A model generated the notes under the pieces. That model did no database searches. It saw only the letters and a program-made list of their open reading frames with translations, and had not been told where the DNA came from. Shown piece by piece: positions 29,166-36,705 of a stretch of DNA of 42,498 nucleotides (the first letter of the stretch is position 1; every line of letters begins with the position of its first letter). Origin of the DNA: a virus; the IMG/VR virus record IMGVR_UViG_3300005836_000027, positions 1-42,498 of that record. One strand, written 5' to 3'. The position numbers were made by a program, and so were the translations under genes.

Positions 29166-30641
29166 ATGGAGTCTATTACTCTTATTACACCTCCTTCTCC
29201 ATTTTTATTGGATGAGCGTGTTTTCATGTCTTTGGGGATACTCCGTATTGGGGCTGTATTGGAGGAATCCGGACACAAAATCCAGATGGTCGATTTGTCT
29301 GGAATTGAAAATTACGTTGAAGCGGTTCGATTCCATGCAGAACGAACCACCTCGGTTTCCTTCGGCTTAACGGCGACAACGCCTCAAATGCCTTCGGCTT
29401 GCAAGATCGCAAAAGCTATTCGTCAAGTGCGTCCGGATGCCAATATAATCTTTGGCGGTCCACACCCAACACTCGTATGGGCGGCTTACAAGAAAGAAAA
29501 AGCACGCGGGATACAGGGTCGTGCGACCCGGGCTGTCCTGGATTTGGAAGATCTCTTTGACGTGATTGTGGCGGGGGACGGCGAACGAGCGATCTTTAAG
29601 GCTATTGAAGATTCTCCCCCATCCAGGTGGATTGACGCTGATGATCCCAAAACAGACCTCTTTCTTACGAATGCCACACTAAACAAGCTTCCATTCCCGG
29701 CTCGCCATTTGGCGGATGTTTCGTCTTACCACTATTCGATTGAAGGCATCCCGGCCATGTCACTCATTGCGCAACTTGGGTGCCCCTTCGCGTGTGGATT
29801 CTGCGGGGGGCGGAACTCTCCCATGCTTCGGCGCATCAGGACACGAACGACACAGAACGTAGTAGACGAGATTGTCCACATGCACAAAAGTTACGGGGTT
29901 CATGGGTTCATGCTTTACGATGATGAGTTAAACGTTAATCCGCAGATGATCCCTTTAATGAACGCCATCGCGGAGGCTCAAGAAGGCTTAGGCGTTTCCT
30001 TTAAGCTCCGAGGATTCATCAAGTCCCAGCTGTTTACCGACGAACAGGCCCAGGCCATGTATCGGGCTGGATTCCGGTGGATTTTAACGGGTTTTGAATC
30101 GGGGTCTCCGCGAATTCTTCAAAACATTAATAAGAAAGCCACGCGAGAAGAAAATACGCGGTGCGTTAATATCGCTCGCCGTCATGGACTGAAAGTGAAA
30201 GCTCTTATGTCCATCGGCCATCCGGGAGAGAGTCCGTCTACGATAGCGGAAACCAAGAACTGGCTCTTAGAAAACTCTCCGGACGATTTCGATGTGACGA
30301 TTATTACTCCTTATCCGGGGAGCCCCTACTACGACGATGCGGTACTTGAGAATGGGGCATGGGTTTATACATATCCGGCCACAGGAGACAAGCTCTACGC
30401 CAAGGAAGTCAATTATCTTGAAACGGCTGATTACTATAAGGGCGATCCCGATGGAGGGTATCAATCTTATGTTTGGACGGATGCCTTATCTGCGAATGAC
30501 CTCGTGATTGAACGGGATACGTTGGAAAGGGATGTACGCGCCCTTCTAAAAATACCATTCAATCATGGATCGCCAGGAATACGATTTGAACATTCCATGG
30601 GTCAAACGTTGCCGCCTATGATTCTGAAAACAACACTTTAA
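29166..30641 (+). CDS. B12-binding-domain radical SAM enzyme (class B)
   Basis: The N-terminus is Rossmann-like (ITLITPP...LGILRIGAVLEESGHKIQMVDL...IIFGGPHPT). It is followed by the CxxxCxxC cluster CPFACGFCGG and radical-SAM core motifs (GFESGS). Confidence 0.85.
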   Translation: MESITLITPPSPFLLDERVFMSLGILRIGAVLEESGHKIQMVDLSGIENYVEAVRFHAERTTSVSFGLTATTPQMPSACKIAKAIRQVRPDANIIFGGPHPTLVWAAYKKEKARGIQGRATRAVLDLEDLFDVIVAGDGERAIFKAIEDSPPSRWIDADDPKTDLFLTNATLNKLPFPARHLADVSSYHYSIEGIPAMSLIAQLGCPFACGFCGGRNSPMLRRIRTRTTQNVVDEIVHMHKSYGVHGFMLYDDELNVNPQMIPLMNAIAEAQEGLGVSFKLRGFIKSQLFTDEQAQAMYRAGFRWILTGFESGSPRILQNINKKATREENTRCVNIARRHGLKVKALMSIGHPGESPSTIAETKNWLLENSPDDFDVTIITPYPGSPYYDDAVLENGAWVYTYPATGDKLYAKEVNYLETADYYKGDPDGGYQSYVWTDALSANDLVIERDTLERDVRALLKIPFNHGSPGIRFEHSMGQTLPPMILKTTL

Positions 30642-30653
30642 TTAGGAAATTCT

Positions 30654-30695
30654 TAGTGGCCCCCGTCTTTATGGCGGGCGGTCACTAGGGGTTTT
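30654..30695 (+). terminator. Rho-independent-type terminator at the convergence point
   Basis: The bulged stem is TAGTGGCCCCCG / CGGGCGGTCACTA (30654-30687). It is followed by GGGGTTTT. A second short GGGG/CCCC hairpin sits at 30688-30704. Confidence 0.5.
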
Positions 30696-30765
30696 CACCA
30701 CCCCTTCTGCCTAAACCGTTTATAGTAAACCATCAACTATAAATCTGCTCGATGCTGTGGCCGGA

Positions 30766-31452
30766 TCACAACGGAAAGACCTCTTGCGCCAATCGTTTTA
30801 CCGCTATCTCACAGTATTTTTCTTCTATTTCAATTCCGATAGCTTTACGTCCTAAGTCTTTCCCGGACCGGAGGGTAATACCAGACCCCATAAATGGGTC
30901 GAGTACAGTCCCACCGGCCGGCGAGAAGATTTGAACGAACTTGTTATAGAGGGGTTGTGGTTTAGGGCATGGGTGGAACTCAAATTTATCTTGTTCCCAT
31001 TTCTTGCGCCCTATTGCAGAACCATTTCTGCCTTCGGTGTTTGGATTAAATGTAAATACATCGGATGTATATTCCCCATAAACACCTCCTGTATGAATAC
31101 CCCACATAAAAACAGGCTCCCAATGAGGAAGAACCGCAGATTTTCCGATACGTGAACCAAACGATCCGGGCTTGTTCCAAACGCCTACCCAATCCCAATC
31201 ATGTAGATGTCGCAGGGCTTCGTTGCGGTGAGTGAACATCAATATCTTCCCAGCTGATCGCATTTGTGCCACGCAGGGAACAAACCAATCCCAATATCCG
31301 GTCCGGTCATCGTTGTATGAAAGTCCGTATTTAATCCCTACACCATACGGCGGATCAGTCAGCACCAGATCGACTTTGGGGAGCGACGGCAGAATATCTC
31401 TGCAATCCCCATGGTATATCGTGATCCCGTTATGATCGTAATAAGGCTTCAT
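30766..31452 (-). CDS. DNA methyltransferase, beta-class (N6-adenine or N4-cytosine)
   Basis: Motif IV LTDPPYG precedes motif I GGTVLDPFMGSGIT. No cognate restriction gene is present. Confidence 0.85.
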   Translation of the reverse strand: MKPYYDHNGITIYHGDCRDILPSLPKVDLVLTDPPYGVGIKYGLSYNDDRTGYWDWFVPCVAQMRSAGKILMFTHRNEALRHLHDWDWVGVWNKPGSFGSRIGKSAVLPHWEPVFMWGIHTGGVYGEYTSDVFTFNPNTEGRNGSAIGRKKWEQDKFEFHPCPKPQPLYNKFVQIFSPAGGTVLDPFMGSGITLRSGKDLGRKAIGIEIEEKYCEIAVKRLAQEVFPL

Positions 31453-31488
31453 TCATTCCTTCCACGCCGCACAGCACCGAGATTGAAA

Positions 31489-31530
31489 GCGGGGCGCAAC
31501 GATCAATATCGATGGTTGCCCGGTCCCCGC
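31489..31530 (-). other. Nested GC hairpin upstream of the methyltransferase gene
   Basis: GCGGGG (31489-31494) pairs with CCCCGC (31525-31530), and the inner GCAAC pairs with GTTGC. On the - strand it is followed by TTTCAATCT. A terminator or attenuator role is speculative. Confidence 0.3.
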
Positions 31531-31534
31531 AAAA

Positions 31535-31666
31535 TCATCCTGTATACATCTCTCCGGCCCTCATCTTCTTGTAGTTCCCATGCCTGATATCTTCTCTGGC
31601 TTGCAGGAATAGAATCGTACCGACAAGAATAATCACAACGGCGAGAATCATCTCTTTTCCGGTCAC
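31535..31666 (-). CDS. Candidate 43-aa single-pass membrane peptide
   Basis: The GTG start overlaps the upstream stop (GTGA). The hydrophobic core is MILAVVIILVGTILFL. Below the track cutoff. Confidence 0.35.
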   Translation of the reverse strand: MTGKEMILAVVIILVGTILFLQAREDIRHGNYKKMRAGEMYTG

Positions 31667-31989
31667 TTTTGTTCCTTAAAGTTTTCATATTTTGCGTAGT
31701 AGCACTTCTTGCACTCCGTAATAATCTTCCCGTCTTTATCTACGCGCCCTCCGTAGTTATCTTCTGTCAATTTTACGTCGCAAATTCCGCAAAGAGGGTT
31801 CGGCGATCGTTTCACTGTAATGTTTCTCCTTTCGTGTCTTCTGCCAAGCTGATACCATTGCTTGATGACGTGAGCGATGATCTTTTGCGCTTGCTTCTTT
31901 TGGTCTGGAACATCGGCCTTCCAAGCAAGAAATATGTTGGCGATCCTATAGGCTTGCCAATGAGCTTCGGAATCAAGGTCGAATTTCAC
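31663..31989 (-). CDS. Hypothetical protein with a C-terminal zinc ribbon (CGIC...CKKC)
   Basis: 108-aa ORF with a GTG start coupled (GTGA) to the upstream micro-ORF. Confidence 0.5.
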   Translation of the reverse strand: MKFDLDSEAHWQAYRIANIFLAWKADVPDQKKQAQKIIAHVIKQWYQLGRRHERRNITVKRSPNPLCGICDVKLTEDNYGGRVDKDGKIITECKKCYYAKYENFKEQK

Positions 31990-32111
31990 TGATCCCCCTC
32001 TTCAAACTTACGCGCCTGATAGAGTTCTTCTTTGCGTAAGTCCCGAGCAATGACGAGTAGCGTCACGCACACGCCCAAAGCAAATCCCGAGAGGATGGCG
32101 ACGATAATCAT
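31986..32111 (-). CDS. Candidate 41-aa single-pass membrane peptide
   Basis: Sequence MIIVAILSGFALGVCVTLLVIARDLRKEELYQARKFEEGDQ. Coupled ATGA at the start and GTGA at the stop. Below the track cutoff. Confidence 0.4.
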   Translation of the reverse strand: MIIVAILSGFALGVCVTLLVIARDLRKEELYQARKFEEGDQ

Positions 32112-32509
32112 TCTTTCACCTCCGCGTCGAGAGCTTCAAAAGCATCTCTAAGTTTTTTCACAACTGCCTGTGCTTCATCTCTTGCAAAGGGGGAAATATC
32201 GTCTGCGCCATTTTCCGTGTAAATGAAAGCATCCATCGCCGCCTTCGCCACCGCTTCTAGCTTCTTACTTCTCAATGCCAACTTCTTGACATCGTTCAAA
32301 GCAGGTAATGCCATCTCTTCGCTATGAGATTCATCCAGTCCGTAACCAAGTGCGTATGTTGAGCATCCAGCAAGATTCCATAAAAGCCGTTCATTCTCTT
32401 CCTTGAGCCGGGATAGCTCGGATTCAAGCTCGTTATGCTGAACGTTCAAAGCGCGTAAGCACGTGCCGCAGAATTTCTCTTTGTGAGCGCAGACGTAGAA
32501 ATCGCTCAT
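32108..32509 (-). CDS. Hypothetical coiled-coil protein with an N-terminal Cys cluster
   Basis: The best start is ATG 32509 (MSDFYVCAHKEKFCGTC), preceded by GAGGGGG. The ORF track extends to 32557. Confidence 0.5.
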   Translation of the reverse strand: MSDFYVCAHKEKFCGTCLRALNVQHNELESELSRLKEENERLLWNLAGCSTYALGYGLDESHSEEMALPALNDVKKLALRSKKLEAVAKAAMDAFIYTENGADDISPFARDEAQAVVKKLRDAFEALDAEVKE

Positions 32510-32510
32510 C

Positions 32511-32837
32511 CTAAACCCCCTCGCTTTTTGTTTTGAGGGCGCGGATATTCGTTGCAATTATTTCTGCCGTGCCAATAATGATTTTGTGATTTGGCGAGGA
32601 CCCAACCTGTTTTGCTACAGCATCTGCTTTCTTCGCCGCTTCCTCTAACGCCTCGTTGCGGTCTGCGTCCGCAAAATCGGACAGGGCTTTGGGGACGACT
32701 CGTTTTCCGCACTTCGGGCATTCCAGCCAATAATCCCCAAGAATATGTCCTCTAAAAATAACTCCTTCGGGCCTCGGCTCATCATCTCGATAGCATTCGC
32801 ACTTCGGCTTGTTGGTCAATTTAATACCTCTCTGCAT
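32511..32837 (-). CDS. Hypothetical zinc-ribbon protein (CEC...CPKC)
   Basis: 108-aa ORF in the coupled early-gene chain. Confidence 0.5.
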   Translation of the reverse strand: MQRGIKLTNKPKCECYRDDEPRPEGVIFRGHILGDYWLECPKCGKRVVPKALSDFADADRNEALEEAAKKADAVAKQVGSSPNHKIIIGTAEIIATNIRALKTKSEGV

Positions 32838-32998
32838 AGTTCTTGAATTTCCTTCAAGGTGAGCTGGCGATAGCTGGAGGCCATGCCTCTAACTGACGGA
32901 ACACCAATTAAAATATCTTGCAACACACTTTTGTATCTATCGCGCTGATTCTTAATGTAATCGTGGTATTCTTTAAATTCATGGTCGGGTATATTCAT
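32816..32998 (-). CDS. Hypothetical protein
   Basis: 60-aa ORF, ATGA-coupled to the upstream repeat protein. Confidence 0.45.
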   Translation of the reverse strand: MNIPDHEFKEYHDYIKNQRDRYKSVLQDILIGVPSVRGMASSYRQLTLKEIQELCREVLN

Positions 32999-33756
32999 TT
33001 CTCATTCACCACTTTCGATGTTCTCAACAGACGCAATAGCTCGTCAGCGTACCGCTTAAATGCCGCCGACCACGCCGCCGACTTCGCCGCCGACCACGCC
33101 GCCGACTCCGCCGCCGCCGCCGCCGCCGACCACGCCGACGCCGCCGACGCCGCCGACCACGCCGCCGCCGACTCCGCCGCCGACCACGCCGCCGACTTCG
33201 CCGACTTCGCCGCCGACCACGCCGCCGACTCCGCCGCCGACTCCGCCGCCGACCACGCCGCCGACCACGCCGCCGACTCCGCCGACTTCGCCGCCGAATC
33301 ATCCCATTTACCAGAACGAATAGCGTCCTCGTTGATTTTTAAGCATCCCTGCACAGCTTCCACGACTTGCTGTTTCAGTTTGTCGTCAATCTTTAATTTA
33401 AGAACACGGTCTATATTCTCTTTTAAGATATACGCGCAAAACTTCCACTTGATAGGGTTGAGGTCAACGCCGACAGGAATAGAGATGAGGAAATCGACGG
33501 CGAATGTCTTAGCGTCCCTGTTATCCAATCCCTCAAATAGCACATCTTCAAGACGCGCCAGCCATTCTGGGATTCCAAGTTCTGTTTCGTAAGCCCTATG
33601 AGAATCGGAATGGATGGTGCATCCCACCGCGCACCCTTTCCCGTTTTCCCAATACCCGCCCTTAATAAATTCATCGGCTTTAGCGTGGGCCTCCAATCGC
33701 TCAACGTACTTCTGCTTTATCTTTTCGTCGTTATGAAATGACAGCAATGTGTTCAT
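32995..33756 (-). CDS. Early protein with a globular N-domain and a C-terminal AA[W/E/K]S tetrapeptide repeat array
   Basis: It is the longest frame through the repeat. It is continuous with a non-repetitive 150-aa N-domain (GGYWENGKGCAVGC...ELGIPEWLARLEDVLFEGL) and coupled to neighbours at both ends. Confidence 0.6.
   Translation of the reverse strand: MNTLLSFHNDEKIKQKYVERLEAHAKADEFIKGGYWENGKGCAVGCTIHSDSHRAYETELGIPEWLARLEDVLFEGLDNRDAKTFAVDFLISIPVGVDLNPIKWKFCAYILKENIDRVLKLKIDDKLKQQVVEAVQGCLKINEDAIRSGKWDDSAAKSAESAAWSAAWSAAESAAESAAWSAAKSAKSAAWSAAESAAAWSAASAASAWSAAAAAAESAAWSAAKSAAWSAAFKRYADELLRLLRTSKVVNEK
33062..33296. repeat. Imperfect tandem 12-nt repeat GCCGCCGACNNC (NN = CA/TT/TC), about 20 units
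   Basis: Read directly from the sequence. A few units are shortened or lengthened by GCC or GAC triplets, so the reading frame is always preserved. The region yields listed ORFs in five frames. Confidence 0.9.
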
Positions 33757-33768
33757 GGTTCTCCTTAT

Positions 33769-33996
33769 TCATTTCTCACCTCTCGATTTGCGCCATGCTA
33801 ATAAAGCATCTCCGTCGTAATGTTTCTCCATCATTTCCATTTCACAAGAATTACAAACCTTCTCGGCGGCTTCCAGACGGGCGAGTAGAGCCTTGATTAA
33901 ATCGCTATCCTCTCCCAGACAAGGCTCACTACCTTCAACGTGAATCTCATAATGTTCTTTCAACCGCTTTAGCTCCTCATCCGTAAACGCCATCAT
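33769..33996 (-). CDS. Hypothetical protein
   Basis: 75-aa ORF preceded by AAGAGGTGA. Confidence 0.5.
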   Translation of the reverse strand: MMAFTDEELKRLKEHYEIHVEGSEPCLGEDSDLIKALLARLEAAEKVCNSCEMEMMEKHYDGDALLAWRKSRGEK

Positions 33997-34018
33997 TTCA
34001 CCTCTTTGTTTAGGGCGG

Positions 34019-34213
34019 TCATAGCGACCCCGACCGCGACCGCGACTGCGACCACGACCACGACCACGACCACGACCGCGACCGCGACCACGACCCCGAC
34101 CGCGACCACGACCCCGACCACGACCCCGACCCCGACCGCGACCGCGACCCCGACCACAACCCCAACCCCGACCACGACCTCGTATTTATATTTCCAAGCA
34201 CCGCCGTCGTCAT
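34019..34213 (-). CDS. Candidate 64-aa Ser-[Trp/Arg/Gly] dipeptide-repeat protein (frame assignment uncertain)
   Basis: ATG 34213 sits 1 nt after the upstream TAA (TAACATG), the coupling style used throughout this strand. The alternative frame (GTG 34175-33993, poly-Val/Gly/Ala) has only a 2-nt SD spacing. Confidence 0.3.
   Translation of the reverse strand: MTTAVLGNINTRSWSGLGLWSGSRSRSGSGSWSGSWSRSGSWSRSRSWSWSWSWSQSRSRSGSL
34026..34181. repeat. Tandem hexanucleotide repeat GACCNC x26
   Basis: Twenty-six contiguous 6-nt units: 23 GACC[C/G/A/T]C, one GACTGC and two AACCCC. I saw no stop codon in any of the six frames across the tract. Confidence 0.9.
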
Positions 34214-34214
34214 G

Positions 34215-34544
34215 TTATTTTGTCTCTTTGGGAACTTCATTTTCCCACGGGAACGCATCAACAATGGCTGTTTTATTAATCAGCATCGGTCCAACATATT
34301 CGACTTCATTGAAAACCCCTTTTGATATGCAATCGCTGAACCTGCCCGAATCAGCGACCCACGACGCATCTTTGAAGATGAGGAAATCGCCTATGATATC
34401 TTTGACAATTCCAATTTGGTGATATGTCACTGTGCGAATCAGGTATGCTTTTCCAATCTCAAACGGGCAACCACCGACAGGGATTGTGCTACTATCCGAC
34501 TCCAATGCTTTTTCCAGCAATTTTTCGATTAACGTACTTTTCAT
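34215..34544 (-). CDS. Hypothetical protein
   Basis: 109-aa ORF in the coupled chain. Confidence 0.5.
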   Translation of the reverse strand: MKSTLIEKLLEKALESDSSTIPVGGCPFEIGKAYLIRTVTYHQIGIVKDIIGDFLIFKDASWVADSGRFSDCISKGVFNEVEYVGPMLINKTAIVDAFPWENEVPKETK

Positions 34545-34562
34545 TTATTTCTCCTTTTTGTT

Positions 34563-34853
34563 TTATGCTGACGTTTCGATTGCTTTTTTAATTGGACTAT
34601 CTGATCTCGGTTTTCTTTGTATCCAAATTTCCATATTGCGCCACATAAACGGAAGTCTCTCCCAACCGTATTCTCTGAGCTTATCGGTTTGTCCTTTGGG
34701 AGTGATGAATATCTCGGCTTCGGGATGATGCTTGCGGATGAACGCCTTGATATCGTCCTCTTCGGAGTGCATGACGTAATGCCCCGCCGCTTGCGGCATG
34801 GTGAAGAAAGGCGAGGGCATGGACATGGCACAGATCAATATAGCTTCGATCAT
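34563..34853 (-). CDS. Hypothetical protein
   Basis: 96-aa ORF, ATGA-coupled to the upstream micro-ORF. The overlapping ORF 34541-34831 in another frame looks less protein-like. Confidence 0.45.
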   Translation of the reverse strand: MIEAILICAMSMPSPFFTMPQAAGHYVMHSEEDDIKAFIRKHHPEAEIFITPKGQTDKLREYGWERLPFMWRNMEIWIQRKPRSDSPIKKAIETSA

Positions 34854-34951
34854 AAGACTCTACTTTTGCGTTTCCACAAAAGCAGAAACGGCAATGCTAT
34901 CCACGCCAAAATGAAGGCGATCGCGTTGATGATGAACTGCTTTTTGTTCAT
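34850..34951 (-). CDS. Candidate 33-aa single-pass membrane peptide
   Basis: Sequence MNKKQFIINAIAFILAWIALPFLLLWKRKSRVL. AGGAG lies upstream, and the stop overlaps the next ATG (ATGA). Confidence 0.4.
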   Translation of the reverse strand: MNKKQFIINAIAFILAWIALPFLLLWKRKSRVL

Positions 34952-35027
34952 AGAATAAGGGCTCCTGTCGTGTATTCCCATCTAAGCACGTTGCTCTTTT
35001 TATGTTCCCCGACAGGAGCCAAATAAG

Positions 35028-35414
35028 TCATACCGGCACAATCTCAATTTCCGTTCTCGGGTTCGGGTCTTTCCTGACCATGACGGCGTGTATTTGCATA
35101 ATCTGCCGGTCGTCCACCCATAACACCCCATTTCCAGAGTCGGAACAGGCTTTGATTAAGTTGTCCAAGTCGCATCTCCCGCCACATCCATAGAAATCCA
35201 CATACAAATGTAGACACGATTCGATAATCGGCATCTTAGCGGCGACGCGAGCGTAAGAGAGCGCCAGACTCAAAGCGTCCCGTTGTTTCTTGGAAGGATC
35301 GTAAAAGTTTCCATAACGGCCCCGCCTTGGTCGGCCCTGAATCACTGGCAACCCAGCTATAATCAGCTTGTAAGAGCCCTTGGGTGTACCTAAGTACGTT
35401 TTCGGGGTATTCAT
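35028..35414 (-). CDS. rusA: RusA-family Holliday junction resolvase
   Basis: The segment CDLDNLIKACSDSGNGVLWVDDRQI matches the RusA catalytic Asp motifs. ATG 35414 is ATGA-coupled. The ORF track extends to 35522. Confidence 0.8.
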   Translation of the reverse strand: MNTPKTYLGTPKGSYKLIIAGLPVIQGRPRRGRYGNFYDPSKKQRDALSLALSYARVAAKMPIIESCLHLYVDFYGCGGRCDLDNLIKACSDSGNGVLWVDDRQIMQIHAVMVRKDPNPRTEIEIVPV

Positions 35415-35797
35415 TGGCTGGAAGGCCCTTTTATGCGGGGTTGAAACTGCGGAAGGCGCATTCTGGCGAGTCTTTCCAAGGCCTCTGCTGTCATTTGACG
35501 TTTGTTCTTGGCTTTGATCCATTTACAGGCCGCCGGTACGTATTCGGGCTTAAACACGAATGAAGCGGCATCGTCGTAGTGATTCTTTGGCTTAAACATC
35601 TTGTTTTCTCGCTCTATTCTTGCGGCTATTCGTGTGTTTGTTAGGTACAACTCAAGCTCCGAATCGCCCCAAAGACGGATATAGCCCCGCTTTCCGGCTA
35701 TTTCCATCCATTTACGTTGGTCGCCCGGATGCTCCCCCTCGCACTGGCAGGGAGCAACCTTGTACCGCTTTCCAAACATCTCTTTGAGATCAATCAC
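35411..35797 (-). CDS. Hypothetical protein
   Basis: 128-aa ORF whose GTG start shares 1 nt with the upstream TAG. Confidence 0.5.
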   Translation of the reverse strand: MIDLKEMFGKRYKVAPCQCEGEHPGDQRKWMEIAGKRGYIRLWGDSELELYLTNTRIAARIERENKMFKPKNHYDDAASFVFKPEYVPAACKWIKAKNKRQMTAEALERLARMRLPQFQPRIKGPSSQ

Positions 35798-36258
35798 TAA
35801 AAAGGTATCTCGTCTTTTTTGCTCTTGATTTCGTGGCGTTTTAAGCCTTGAGGGACGGGTTGGGACTTCATACGGACTTGAGTTTTCGTTTTCTTCTGGA
35901 GGCCAGTCCCCGTCACGGACACTTCGAGGTCATGGTTTAAGATGTCCTCGCCGTCTTTCTCAAGGCTTGAGGCGATGGCGATCAGGTCTTTAGCCACGCT
36001 CGGTCCGTAGCTCCACAAGTAGACCGTTGAATCCGTGTGGGAGTAGACGTTCGCCACAAAACGCTGAGATTTCTTCACGCCATCGTTACAATGGAAGCAT
36101 CCTTCCCCTGAGCAGGACACCATCTTAGGGCCTTCAAGGGTATGCTGAAACTGCTCGGTGGGCTCCGGGTCTAAGAGGCGCACCGTTTGCGGACGACCTT
36201 CGACGACTTTCAGGAACAGGCTGTTCGTATACACTTTCATTTTCGAGTAGTTGCTCAT
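35797..36258 (-). CDS. gp32-like single-stranded DNA-binding protein with a zinc site
   Basis: ATG 36258 is preceded by AAGGAG. The order LKVVEGRPQTVRLL...CSGEGCFHCNDG...RFVANVY parallels T4 gp32 (VIRFLP...C..H...CPVC...ANILV). The ORF track extends to 36375. Confidence 0.5.
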   Translation of the reverse strand: MSNYSKMKVYTNSLFLKVVEGRPQTVRLLDPEPTEQFQHTLEGPKMVSCSGEGCFHCNDGVKKSQRFVANVYSHTDSTVYLWSYGPSVAKDLIAIASSLEKDGEDILNHDLEVSVTGTGLQKKTKTQVRMKSQPVPQGLKRHEIKSKKDEIPF

Positions 36259-36605
36259 TTCGTATCTCCTTTTGGTTTTTTTGTCGTTTTTTCTATTTGC
36301 GGCATTAGTTCTAAAAAAGCGATGCAGATTGCCATTGGAGCGGTGTCGGCTGTTTCTTGTATTCTTCCTCCGCATCCACCTGGAGGGATCAGCTCACAAA
36401 GAAATGGCTCATTGTTTTCGGGATTAGCTACGTCTACCTGAATATTCACATAAATAACTTCTTTCCGTAACCACTCCACCACGTCCCATGCGGCCGCTAT
36501 GTTGTTGCAGTAGTCGGGAATCACGCAAACTTTCTCCCACCCGTCTTTAATGTGACCCCTACCCAACTTCTTCGCCACGGCCTCGTTGATTTCTTGGTCG
36601 GTCAT
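36255..36605 (-). CDS. Phage ABA-sandwich-domain-like protein
   Basis: The segment IPDYCNNIAAAWDVVEWL resembles the conserved PDYstdiaaAWeVvEkl motif of that family. The best start is ATG 36605 (GGAGAT upstream). Confidence 0.45.
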   Translation of the reverse strand: MTDQEINEAVAKKLGRGHIKDGWEKVCVIPDYCNNIAAAWDVVEWLRKEVIYVNIQVDVANPENNEPFLCELIPPGGCGGRIQETADTAPMAICIAFLELMPQIEKTTKKPKGDTK

Positions 36606-36705
36606 ATGTTGATCTCCATACAATCTTGCATCAGCATCCATTCTGTTTCAGCCATACATATTCGACAATCGCAGAAAAGCTCCCATTTGCATCTTGGCCG
36701 TACAA

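Noticed and set aside
30752-31435. + strand ORFs 30752-30934, 30931-31155 and 31232-31435
   Set aside because: They are antisense to the clearly assigned DNA methyltransferase gene (DPPY and FxGxG motifs on the - strand), so they are shadow ORFs.
32918-33592. ORFs in alternative frames across the 12-nt repeat: + strand Ala/Asp-rich 32918-33592, Pro/Thr-rich 33060-33323, and - strand Arg-rich 33024-33302 and Gly/Val-rich 33056-33268
   Set aside because: They exist only because the repeat contains no stop codon in those frames. They lack coupling or SD signals and non-repetitive flanks. The 32995-33756 frame alone is continuous with a globular domain and with its neighbours.
33062-34181. Possible CRISPR array, suggested by the two dense repeat tracts
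   Set aside because: The units are only 12 nt and 6 nt long and are contiguous, with no unique spacers. They lie inside or between coupled coding frames, and no cas genes or leader are present. They are coding-type micro- or minisatellites, not CRISPR.
34006-34422. + strand Thr/Pro/Ala-rich ORF across the hexamer repeat
   Set aside because: It runs antisense to the entire early operon and overlaps the well-supported ORF 34215-34544. Its openness is a by-product of the stop-free repeat.
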